A stretch of DNA of 64,000 nt, from contig WGMK01000022.1 of NCBI GenBank assembly GCA_016125095.1, forward strand, positions 37,897 to 101,896, written 5' to 3'. Positions 1 through 8,187 of the stretch are shown in pieces. Both the position numbers and the translations under genes were made by a program. The DNA comes from Candidatus Hydrogenedens sp. (lineage in GTDB: Bacteria > Hydrogenedentota > Hydrogenedentia > Hydrogenedentales > JAEUWI01). Within the stretch, counting starts at the first letter, position 1. The number at the start of each line of letters is the position of its first letter. The notes under the pieces are model-generated. The model saw nothing but the letters and a program-made list of their open reading frames with translations, did no database searches and had not been told where the DNA came from.

Positions 1-130
1 TTTACTCAGAAGGTTTAGACAGTATGGCTCAATTCATTACAACTACCGACAAGACCGGTCGAGAAGGTCACTGGGTCACACTTCAAGACGGCCGTAAGAT
101 CTTCATCTACCATTAGTTACATAAAAGGAC

Positions 131-155
131 GTGCGGCGGGAAAAACCCGCCGCAC
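131..155. terminator. GC-rich hairpin, possible intrinsic terminator
   Basis: Perfect 10-bp stem GTGCGGCGGG/CCCGCCGCAC with loop AAAAA. A T-rich run exists only on the minus-strand side (complement of ATAAAAGGA, 121-129), so orientation and function are uncertain. Confidence 0.3.
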
Positions 156-161
156 GCGACC

Positions 162-232
162 GGGGTGAGGCAGTGGTGCCACCCGCGGAGTCTGGATTCG
201 CTGGGTCGGGGGTTCGACTCCCCCTCACTCCA
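162..232 (+). tRNA. tRNA-like element, non-canonical (anticodon-like loop CUG); degenerate tRNA or integration-site remnant
   Basis: 7-bp acceptor pairing GGGGTGA/TCACTCC (one G-U). Canonical T arm GGGGG-TTCGACT-CCCCC (208-224). 5-bp stem GCGGA/TTCGC with 7-nt loop GTCTGGA. There are no proper positions 8-9, only a 3-bp D-like stem GGC-AGTGGT-GCC, extra ACCC/GGGT pairing, and no encoded CCA. Confidence 0.4.
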
Positions 233-387
233 CTCGTCAAGAACATCTGACGATCCGCACGTTCGGGATTGCTAGACGAAAATCAAAAATGCGTATATTA
301 CGATAAGTGCAGATCGACTTCGATTTGACTTTCCATAACTTTCGCCATCATATCACAATTAAAGAGAAATTCTTGAGAAAAGATTTG

Positions 388-1326
388 CTATCTAGGAGAT
401 TCCGGTCTGTACCGTAGCGCCGCCACGACCGCCTGCTGCACGGGCACGGAGGCGGAGAGTTCAAGGTGGCCGATGCCCTTGAGGCGGAGGTTGTCGGCGT
501 GGGGCAGCACGGAGCTGTCTTGCGGGGCGATGATGTTGTCGTGGGTGCTCCAGATGGAGGTGATGGGCACGGGCTTGGGCTCTTCGGCATTGAGCGCCGT
601 GAGCCAGGCATTGCCGGGTATCATCTGCCGGGCGTCTTCCCCAGGTCCGGACTTCGCGGTCACAGTGCCGTGGTGCGGGGTGCCGAGCGTGATGATGCGG
701 CTGACATGCGCGTCGCCGCCGTGGTGCTGCACATAGCACCGCGAAACGAGCCCGCCCATGCTGTGCCCGATGAGCGCGACCTTCTCCGCCCCGGTTTCCT
801 GCCGGATGGCATCGACGCGCGCGGCGACCTGCCGGGCGAAGTCTTCAATGCTGCCGAAGGTGGGGTCCATGTTGATGGTGTAGAGGTTGTGAAAGCCCGC
901 GGCGCGCAGGGCGGGCTTGAGTGGAATCCAATAGGCGCCGTTGCACACGTAGCCGTGGACGCAGAGGATAGGCATGGAGCTATCGGGCTTCGCCGGGCCG
1001 CGCTGATTTATCAGGAATTCGAAGGGGTGGTAGCAGCAGAACATGCGCAGCACGGCGCCATATTCGGCCAGCGCCAGCCGCCGCCATCCCGCCGCGTCGA
1101 GTTCATCCTTCGGCGCGCGGTCGTAACGGAAATGCTCCGATACGCCGAACATCTTGCGCGTCACGTTCGCCCGGATGCCCAGCGCCACCACCGCGCAGAC
1201 CGCCAGCGTGATCGGCGGACTGATAAGCCCGAGGAACGACAACAGCCAAGCGGCCGCCGCGTAGATCAGCGCCTCGGCCGCCATCGCGGCGACCAGTATC
1301 TTTGAAAGCATCCCGATGAACGGCAT
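388..1326 (-). CDS. membrane-anchored alpha/beta hydrolase (lipase/PGAP1-like)
   Basis: 312-aa ORF with hydrophobic N-terminal segments, then a hydrolase core with nucleophile elbow LIGHSMGGLV and the LCVHGYVCNG motif. Confidence 0.8.
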   Translation of the reverse strand: MPFIGMLSKILVAAMAAEALIYAAAAWLLSFLGLISPPITLAVCAVVALGIRANVTRKMFGVSEHFRYDRAPKDELDAAGWRRLALAEYGAVLRMFCCYHPFEFLINQRGPAKPDSSMPILCVHGYVCNGAYWIPLKPALRAAGFHNLYTINMDPTFGSIEDFARQVAARVDAIRQETGAEKVALIGHSMGGLVSRCYVQHHGGDAHVSRIITLGTPHHGTVTAKSGPGEDARQMIPGNAWLTALNAEEPKPVPITSIWSTHDNIIAPQDSSVLPHADNLRLKGIGHLELSASVPVQQAVVAALRYRPESPR

Positions 1327-1344
1327 GGCGGATTCCTGCGGGGG

Positions 1345-2304
1345 TTAGTTACGGACCCAATCGGAGAAGGACACGACGGCTTCGCGCGCTGCGTCTTCGC
1401 CCTTCACCGCGGTCACCCCGCCGACGTAGCGCGGCGTGGCGAAGACGGCATCGTAGTAGCCGCCGCCGAGGTGGCAGAGCAGAAAGCTATGGCCGTCGTC
1501 CTCGAACTCGCTTGTGCTCTCGCCATATTGCCCGAAGTAGGCGCGGTAGCGATCGAGCGTTTCCCGGATGGCCGCCTCGTCCGCAGGCATGCGGACGAAA
1601 TAGGTAATGGTCGCGCCGTTGAACTCGCCCGTCGATTCGGCGGTGTAGGTCTGCGGCATGAACTCCAGGCTCATGGCGTCGGCGTTGAAGTACTTGATGG
1701 ACCCGGCGTCAAACTGCGGGGCGGTGAACACCTTCACGCCCCAGAGCTCGCCGGTCTCGCTGTCGAGCCGCGCGGCCAGCGCCTTGCCGATGCTCTCCTC
1801 GGCGGCGTGGAGTTCGGGCGTGTCGTCCGAGGCGACGAAGGTGGCGTAGAAGCGGCCCTTGCGGAAAAACACGTCGCCGCGGCTGCGGTAGGCCGCCTCG
1901 CCGATCTCCAGCGGCTCGCCTTCCTCGAAGCGCTCGACGCCGAACACGCCGTAGGCCTGCACCGGCTCGGTCATGTCGTAGAGGAAAATCTCGATCTCGC
2001 CCGCCCCGCCCACCATGCGGCAGAAGGCCAGGCCCGAGGTGCCGTAAGACAGGTACAGCTCGCTGCGGCCGTTGATCTTGTCGTACATGCCCTCGGGCGT
2101 GTAGCGCTCGACGCCGGTGTGCTTCCAGCCCTCCACCTCGAGCCCCTCGAGCGCGGTGGCGATGGCCTCCGTCATCTTCAGGTCGGCCTCGCTCAGCTTC
2201 GACGGGTCGTAGGCCGAGGTCACAAAGCCGCCGTCATCGGCGCGACCCGGTCCACACGCCAAAACCAGCGCTGCCAGCAGAAAGCCCAGCAATCGTTTCA
2301 TCAT
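1345..2304 (-). CDS. hypothetical lipoprotein
   Basis: Internal start MMKRLLGFLLAALVLAC (lipobox LAC) at 2304. The upstream part of the 405-aa ORF is Arg/Pro/Ala-rich with no signal peptide. No recognisable family. Confidence 0.65.
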   Translation of the reverse strand: MMKRLLGFLLAALVLACGPGRADDGGFVTSAYDPSKLSEADLKMTEAIATALEGLEVEGWKHTGVERYTPEGMYDKINGRSELYLSYGTSGLAFCRMVGGAGEIEIFLYDMTEPVQAYGVFGVERFEEGEPLEIGEAAYRSRGDVFFRKGRFYATFVASDDTPELHAAEESIGKALAARLDSETGELWGVKVFTAPQFDAGSIKYFNADAMSLEFMPQTYTAESTGEFNGATITYFVRMPADEAAIRETLDRYRAYFGQYGESTSEFEDDGHSFLLCHLGGGYYDAVFATPRYVGGVTAVKGEDAAREAVVSFSDWVRN

Positions 2305-2401
2305 GGTACTTCGTTCCTTGCCGCCCGGCGTTGACTGATTCGCCCTCGTGGGGTACTCTGGCATGGCTGTATGCCGAAAGCCAACCAGGGAGGCGAACGC
2401 C

Positions 2402-3448
2402 ATGCCTAAAGACCACGCGCTGGACCGCCGGGGATTCATGAAAACCGCCGCGCTGGCCGGAGCCGCCGCGGGATTCGCGGGCCGCGCCGGGGCCGAGCTG
2501 CCTCCGCTGATGAAGCGCCCGGGCGACGACGGCCTCATCCACGGCCACGAGGCGCCCGGCATGACCTATCGCAAGCTGGGGCGCACCAACTACATGGCGA
2601 GCCGGCTGGTGTTCGGCTGCGGTGCGGCGCTGAGCGGCGGCAAGGCCGTGCGCCTGCTCGACCGTGCCCTCGAGGCGGGCGTCAATTTCTACGATGTCGG
2701 CTCGAACACCTATTACCGCGGCGCGGAGAACCACCTCGGGCCGTTCATGAAGGCCAACCGCGACGCCATCTGGGTGAGCTCGAAGGCCCCGCAGAAGCTG
2801 GTGGCGGACCACAAGGACGGCGACCCGCTGACGGTGGAGCAGGCGCAGTCGATCGCCGCGATGTGGACCAAGCTACTCGAGGCGAGCCTGAAGGACCTGG
2901 ACACGGAATACGTGGACGCTTACTACATCATGGCGTGCAGCGATCCCTCGGTGGTGAAGGCCGAAGAGATGTACCAGGCCTTTCTCGACGCCAAGGCGGC
3001 GGGTAAGGTGGGGCACTTCGGCGTGAGCACGCACCACAACACCACGGCCGTGCTCGAGGCGATGGCGGAGACCGGCTGGTACGACCTCGCGATGATGGGC
3101 ATCACGCCGGCGGGCTGGTACGACTGGAACATCCACGACCTGGCCGAGGGCACGCCGCCGATGGCGAAGCTCAAGCCGGTATTCGAAAAGGCGCGCGCGG
3201 CAGGCATCGGGCTCATCGGCATGAAGAGCGCGCGCTACCTGTCGCCCGCGGGCGGCAAGGATGATCCCACGCTCTTCGACGCGCACTATACCGAGGCGCA
3301 GATGAACAGCGGGCTCGACGGCTTCCAGCGGTCGTATGCCTATGTGCTGGCCAACGGCGTGGACGTGGTGAATTCCGACATGCAGAACTTCGAAACGCTC
3401 GAGGCCAACCTCAAGGCCGTCGCCGCTTCCGACACCCTCTTCGCCTAG
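2402..3448 (+). CDS. aldo/keto reductase with twin-arginine (Tat) signal
   Basis: Start MPKDHALDRRGFMKTAALAGAAAGFAG (RRxFMK Tat motif). AKR-like core (GVNFYDVGSNTYYRGAENHLG, GHFGVSTH). Confidence 0.8.
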   Translation: MPKDHALDRRGFMKTAALAGAAAGFAGRAGAELPPLMKRPGDDGLIHGHEAPGMTYRKLGRTNYMASRLVFGCGAALSGGKAVRLLDRALEAGVNFYDVGSNTYYRGAENHLGPFMKANRDAIWVSSKAPQKLVADHKDGDPLTVEQAQSIAAMWTKLLEASLKDLDTEYVDAYYIMACSDPSVVKAEEMYQAFLDAKAAGKVGHFGVSTHHNTTAVLEAMAETGWYDLAMMGITPAGWYDWNIHDLAEGTPPMAKLKPVFEKARAAGIGLIGMKSARYLSPAGGKDDPTLFDAHYTEAQMNSGLDGFQRSYAYVLANGVDVVNSDMQNFETLEANLKAVAASDTLFA

Positions 3449-3453
3449 ACGCG

Positions 3454-4305
3454 ATGGGCATGAAGGAATCAGTCGCGGCCGCGATGGGCGCCAGCGTGGT
3501 CTCGACGCGTCCGCTCGAGGGAGGCTGCATCGGCGAGGTCTACCATGCCACGCTCGACGACGGCCAGGAAGTGGTCGTGAAATGGCACGCGGGCCCGGGC
3601 GGCACGCTCGATACCGAGGGGCAGATGCTGCGCTATCTCGACGAGCACGCGGGCCTGCCCGTGCCGGTCGTCTTCCATACCGAGCCCGGGCTGCTGATCA
3701 TGAGCTTCGAGCCGGGCAGCAGCACCTTCAGCACCGCCGCGCAGCAACACGCCGCCGTGGCGCTTGCCGCACTTCACGCGGTCGCTGCGCCCAAATATGG
3801 TTTTAAGCGCGCCACGCTGATCGGGGGACTGCACCAGCCGAACGACTGGAGCAAGAAGTGGGTGCCCTTCTTCCGCGAGCAGCGGCTGTTGTACATGGCG
3901 GAAGAAGCCGCGCAGGCGGGGCGGCTGCCGGCATCCACGCGCGCCCGCATCGATCAATTGGCGGAGAAACTGCCAGACCTCATCGGCGAACCCGACAAGC
4001 CCGCGCTGCTGCACGGCGATGTGTGGACCACCAACGTGCTGGCGCAGGGCGGCAAGGTGACCGCCTTTCTCGACCCCGCCATCTATTACGGCCACCCCGA
4101 AATCGAGCTGGCCTTCATCACGCTGTTCAACACCTTCGGTGACGCGTTCTTCACGCGGTACCAGGAAATACGCGCCATCGCGCCGGGGTTTTTCGAGGAA
4201 CGCCGAGACTTGTACAACCTGTATCCGCTGCTCGTGCATGTGCGCCTCTTCGGGGGCGGCTATGTGCACAGCGTGGAACAAACGCTAAGCCGCTTCGGCT
4301 GCTGA
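3454..4305 (+). CDS. fructosamine kinase family protein
   Basis: LLHGDVWTTNVL and FLDPAIYYGHPEIELAF motifs typical of the fructosamine-3-kinase/aminoglycoside-kinase fold. 283 aa. Confidence 0.85.
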   Translation: MGMKESVAAAMGASVVSTRPLEGGCIGEVYHATLDDGQEVVVKWHAGPGGTLDTEGQMLRYLDEHAGLPVPVVFHTEPGLLIMSFEPGSSTFSTAAQQHAAVALAALHAVAAPKYGFKRATLIGGLHQPNDWSKKWVPFFREQRLLYMAEEAAQAGRLPASTRARIDQLAEKLPDLIGEPDKPALLHGDVWTTNVLAQGGKVTAFLDPAIYYGHPEIELAFITLFNTFGDAFFTRYQEIRAIAPGFFEERRDLYNLYPLLVHVRLFGGGYVHSVEQTLSRFGC

Positions 4306-4319
4306 GCGGAGGCCCTGCC

Positions 4320-5030
4320 ATGAAAGCGAAAACCCTGTTGCTGCTCGCGCTCGTATGCGTCGCGCTGCCCGCCATCGCGCAGGCCCCGCCGGAAATCGAT
4401 GATCGCAACCCGGCGCACGTGATGAGTTACCTCGGCGCGGACTGGCTGGAGCGCCCGACGCGTGACGAGGAGCAGCAGCCCGACAATGTGATCGCCGTGA
4501 TGGACCTGAAGCCGGGCGACGTGGTGGTGGACCTCGGCGTGGGAACGGGCTATTTCGCACGGCGCATGGCGCCCAAAGTGGCACCGGAAGGCAAGGTGCT
4601 GGGCGTCGATATCCAGCAGGAAATGCTCGACCTGCTAGAGCAATACTGCGAGGACGCGGGCATCGAGAACGTGGTGCCGATTCTCGGCACGGAGACCGAC
4701 CCCAAGCTGCCCGAGGGCGGCGTGGACTGGGTGCTGCTGGTGGATGTGTATCACGAATTCCAGCAGCCCAAGCCGATGCTCGAAGCGATCCGCAAGGCGC
4801 TCAAGCCGGACGGCCGCGTGGCGCTCTTGGAATACCGCCTGCAGGGCGACACGGCAAAGCACATCAAGGAAGACCACCGCATGTCGGTGCCGCAAGTGTT
4901 GGCCGAATGGAACCCGGCGGGCTTTGAACTGGTCGATCTGCAGGAATTCCTGCCCACGCAGCATTTCTTTATTTTTAAACGGGGCTGTATCTGCCCGGAG
5001 GAAAAAACACCCGATGCGCCTGAGAAGTAA
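4320..5030 (+). CDS. class I SAM-dependent methyltransferase with N-terminal signal peptide
   Basis: Signal MKAKTLLLLALVCVALPAIAQA. SAM motif I VVDLGVGTGYFARRMA. Confidence 0.8.
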   Translation: MKAKTLLLLALVCVALPAIAQAPPEIDDRNPAHVMSYLGADWLERPTRDEEQQPDNVIAVMDLKPGDVVVDLGVGTGYFARRMAPKVAPEGKVLGVDIQQEMLDLLEQYCEDAGIENVVPILGTETDPKLPEGGVDWVLLVDVYHEFQQPKPMLEAIRKALKPDGRVALLEYRLQGDTAKHIKEDHRMSVPQVLAEWNPAGFELVDLQEFLPTQHFFIFKRGCICPEEKTPDAPEK

Positions 5031-6903
5031 GCTGTGCGCGGCCGCGCTGACGGCCACCCTGTTGATGCCTGTTCTCGCTTTCGCCCAGTCCGCCCAGGTC
5101 GGTGCGGACAAGCGGCTGCGCCCCAACGAAAAGGTCGTCGTGCGCCATCTGCACTATCGTCCCGCCCGGTGGGAAGAAGAGCACGTCAAAGAATACGAGA
5201 ATCTGCCGCGTAATGAGGGCGGGCTGCTCTATCTCTACCTTCAAAACGTGTCGGACGAAGCGGTCGATTTGAAGTTCTGGCGGGCGAACGGCGAGGACGA
5301 ATCGTATTGGCGGCTGAACCACCTCACCGCGTGGGACCGCCTGTATGACCGCCACCTGCAGCCGGGACAATCGACCGTCCTTGAGATCAATGCGCTCACG
5401 AAAGACTTCGCACCCGGCGGCGACTTCAAGTTCGCGTATGTCGGCGATGGCTGGTCGCCGGTGTGCGTGTACAAGGGCACGCTCGAGGCGGCGCCCGCGC
5501 GCATTTCCTACGTGCGCGTGCATGACGACATGAAAACCCTGACCGTGCACCTGCGCGACACGAGCGGCGTCCCGGCCGATGCGGTCGCGCTCGCGGTGGC
5601 GGGCAAGACGATCGCAGAGACCACCTGGCAAGGCGCGGATTTGGCGACGGGCGCGGCCATCGCCACCGTGGTGCTGGAACAGCCGTTGCAGGCCTCGGAG
5701 CTGCTGATGCTGCAAGCGACGATCACGCGCGGCAGCGAGACCACCGAGGCCTGGGCGCACCGCCGCGCCTATCCGGATTACTTCCCCATCGGCGTCTGGA
5801 GCAACGGCCCGGACACGTGGGACACACTGTACCGGATGCACATCGACACGATGGTGGCGGGCGGCAGCCCCGACGACCGGTTCTACACCGAGGCTGTGCC
5901 GAAGTACGGCTTTCGCAACATGGTGCATACCGGCGTGCCCACCGAAGTGGACCGCGTGCGCGCCGTGGCCGACCGGCCGGAAATCGCCTGCTGGATGATT
6001 CAGGACGAGCCGGACTGGTCGATCGCGTCGAACATCATGCTGCATACCGACAACGAACTGCGTAAGTACGATCGGTCGAAGCCGAGCTTCATCACGCTGT
6101 GCCGCAACGTGAAGTTCATGGAGTATGCGCCCATTGCCGACATCCCCTGCCAGGACCACTATTCGGTAACCGCGCCGAGCAGCAGCCAGTGGCCAAAGCC
6201 CTACGGCACGCGGCTGGAGGAAACGGCCTACTACACGCGCGACCTGAAGTACGCGAGCGAGCCCAAGCCGATCTGGATCTGGACCCAGGGCATCGCGAAC
6301 TGGGGCGAGCGCCCGAAGCGCCCGGTGCCCACGCCCAACGAACTCGCGGCGCAGCTGCTGCTCAATATCGGGCGCGGCGCGAAGGGCATCATCTGGTTTA
6401 ACTATGCCGAGGACGTGGCGAAGGAATGGCCCGATGCGGTCGAGGCCATGCGCGACTGGGGCCGCGTGATGCGCATGCTCCGGGACGATCTGCTCGATGG
6501 CGACATCGCCGACGTCCCCGTGGAGATGGCGGCAGACCTCAAGCTGGATGTCGCGACCGTTCTCTCGGGAGACGCGCTCTCCCTGCTGATCACCAATACC
6601 GACTACGAAATCGACCCCGAGGCCTATCCGTTCAAGACGAAGGAGAACGCCTCGCTGACCGTGCACCGCGTCCCTGCCTGGCTCAAAGGGCAGCCCGTGT
6701 GGCGTGTATCGCCCGAGGGCGTGGCACCCCTGGAGCGCACTTGGAGCACCGACTCCGGCGATGACGCCGTGGCGATTCAGGCCGGCACTATCGAAGCGTC
6801 TGCCGTCGTTGTCATCGCCTCCGAGGCCCGCGCGGAGCAATACCGCAGCGAATACGCCGCGGCCCTCGCGCAGGAAACGGCGGCGGCTGAGGAGGTAAAG
6901 TAG
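5014..6903 (+). CDS. secreted hypothetical protein (possible TIM-barrel glycoside-hydrolase-like)
   Basis: Start MRLRSKLCAAALTATLLMPVLAFAQSAQ (signal peptide) at 5014, overlapping the previous gene by 17 nt. The N-terminal 90 aa of the 719-aa ORF are out-of-frame overlap of the methyltransferase gene. The functional guess is weak. Confidence 0.65.
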   Translation: MRLRSKLCAAALTATLLMPVLAFAQSAQVGADKRLRPNEKVVVRHLHYRPARWEEEHVKEYENLPRNEGGLLYLYLQNVSDEAVDLKFWRANGEDESYWRLNHLTAWDRLYDRHLQPGQSTVLEINALTKDFAPGGDFKFAYVGDGWSPVCVYKGTLEAAPARISYVRVHDDMKTLTVHLRDTSGVPADAVALAVAGKTIAETTWQGADLATGAAIATVVLEQPLQASELLMLQATITRGSETTEAWAHRRAYPDYFPIGVWSNGPDTWDTLYRMHIDTMVAGGSPDDRFYTEAVPKYGFRNMVHTGVPTEVDRVRAVADRPEIACWMIQDEPDWSIASNIMLHTDNELRKYDRSKPSFITLCRNVKFMEYAPIADIPCQDHYSVTAPSSSQWPKPYGTRLEETAYYTRDLKYASEPKPIWIWTQGIANWGERPKRPVPTPNELAAQLLLNIGRGAKGIIWFNYAEDVAKEWPDAVEAMRDWGRVMRMLRDDLLDGDIADVPVEMAADLKLDVATVLSGDALSLLITNTDYEIDPEAYPFKTKENASLTVHRVPAWLKGQPVWRVSPEGVAPLERTWSTDSGDDAVAIQAGTIEASAVVVIASEARAEQYRSEYAAALAQETAAAEEVK

Positions 6904-7292
6904 TGGCAGGCGGGGCCAAGGCGGTCGCATCAGGGCAGACGCTCGAGGACCGCGTCGTGGTGATTGCCACGGAGCTCGGTCTCAAGGTGGAGACGCAGGT
7001 GAAGGTGGGCCGCCGGATCTGGGGTGCTGTCCGCAAAATCGATGTCGTGCTCAAAGACCCGACGACGCGCGTGAGTTTGGGTATCGAGTGCAAATTCCAG
7101 AAGAGTTCCGGTACCGCAGAGGAAAAGATTCACGCCACCATCCGCGACATGGAGGCTTGGCCCATCCGTGGTATCGTCGTCTATTCCGGTCCGGGGTTTT
7201 CGGAAAACATGAAGGCGTTTCTCTTGTCGACAGGAAAAGCCGTTGACTTGGATGATCTCAACACCTGGCTTCGGCTTTATTTCGGACTATGA
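6903..7292 (+). CDS. small PD-(D/E)XK nuclease, candidate restriction endonuclease
   Basis: 129 aa. GTG start overlaps the upstream stop. D..ExK arrangement KIDVVLKD...LGIECKFQKSSG. Stop overlaps the Dam start (ATGA). Confidence 0.6.
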   Translation: MAGGAKAVASGQTLEDRVVVIATELGLKVETQVKVGRRIWGAVRKIDVVLKDPTTRVSLGIECKFQKSSGTAEEKIHATIRDMEAWPIRGIVVYSGPGFSENMKAFLLSTGKAVDLDDLNTWLRLYFGL

Positions 7293-8134
7293 TGGCCACC
7301 GACGAAGCGTATAAACCCCGCCCCTTCCTGAAATGGGCGGGCGGCAAGGGGCAGCTGCTGCCGGAACTGACCGCGGCCGTGGCGGAGGCCAGGAAGTTCA
7401 AGGCCTACCACGAGCCCTTTGTGGGTGGCGGCGCGCTGTTCTTCGCGCTGCAGGGCGGCGGCGCACTGGCGGAAAAATCAGTACGTCTGTCGGACACGAA
7501 CCCGCGGCTGATCGACCTCTACCTTGCCATCCGCGACGATGTGTCCGGCGTGATTCGGCACCTGAAGAAGCACGCTGCGGCGCACGACGAAACATACTAC
7601 TACGCGACGCGCGCCGAGATACCGAAGACTTCTTCGGCACGGGCGGCGCGGCTGCTCTACTTGAACCGCACCTGCTTCAACGGGCTCTTCCGCGAGAACA
7701 GCAAAGGCGAGTTCAACGTGCCGATGGGCCGCTACAAGAATCCCGCCATCTGCGACGAGCCGAAGCTGCGCGCCGCATCGGCCGCGCTGGCCCAGGCCGA
7801 CATCGCCTGCCGCCCCTTTGAAAGCGTGCTGGATCATGCCGCGAAGGGGGACTTCGTCTACTTCGATCCGCCCTACGCGCCGGTGTCGGCCACGGCGCAA
7901 TTCACCAGCTACCACCAGGACGGCTTTGGCACGGCGGATCAGGAACGGCTCGCAGACGTGTGTGCGCAGCTTCACCGGCGCAAGGTGAAGTTCCTGCTCT
8001 CGAATTCCGACGTGCCGCTCATCCGCGATCTCTACAAAGACTTCCAGGTCTCGCAAGTCTTCGCGACCCGCATGGTCAACAGCCGCGCCGACAGGCGCGG
8101 CAAGGTGGCCGAGGTGCTCGTGCGGAATTTCTGA
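7289..8134 (+). CDS. dam: DNA adenine methyltransferase (Dam/D12 class, N6-adenine)
   Basis: FLKWAGGKGQLLPEL, EPFVGGGALFF and FDPPY motifs. 281 aa. Confidence 0.9.
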   Translation: MMATDEAYKPRPFLKWAGGKGQLLPELTAAVAEARKFKAYHEPFVGGGALFFALQGGGALAEKSVRLSDTNPRLIDLYLAIRDDVSGVIRHLKKHAAAHDETYYYATRAEIPKTSSARAARLLYLNRTCFNGLFRENSKGEFNVPMGRYKNPAICDEPKLRAASAALAQADIACRPFESVLDHAAKGDFVYFDPPYAPVSATAQFTSYHQDGFGTADQERLADVCAQLHRRKVKFLLSNSDVPLIRDLYKDFQVSQVFATRMVNSRADRRGKVAEVLVRNF

Positions 8135-8187
8135 ATTGCGGATGCGACCGAACCGAAGCAAGCCTTAACCAGAAGATTTCTACGCCG

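Noticed and set aside
24-116. 30-aa ORF at the left edge as an annotated gene
   Set aside because: It is too short, lies at the window edge, and has only a weak AAGG upstream. It is noted in the junction finding but not supported well enough for a CDS call.
162-232. Calling the element a functional tRNA-Gln(CUG)
   Set aside because: The D-arm region cannot be folded canonically (no positions 8-9, 3-bp stem) and the variable region is 6 nt. It is kept only as a tRNA-like element pending a covariance-model score.
4975-6930. 651-aa minus-strand ORF (and similar ORFs at 38637-40919, 46100-48292, 61246-63054, 57340-59331, 10789-12489, 16816-19407)
   Set aside because: All are antisense to, or out of frame with, ORFs that have recognisable motifs or signal peptides. 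They show Arg/Pro/Gly-rich low-information sequence, as expected from stop-codon depletion in GC-rich DNA.
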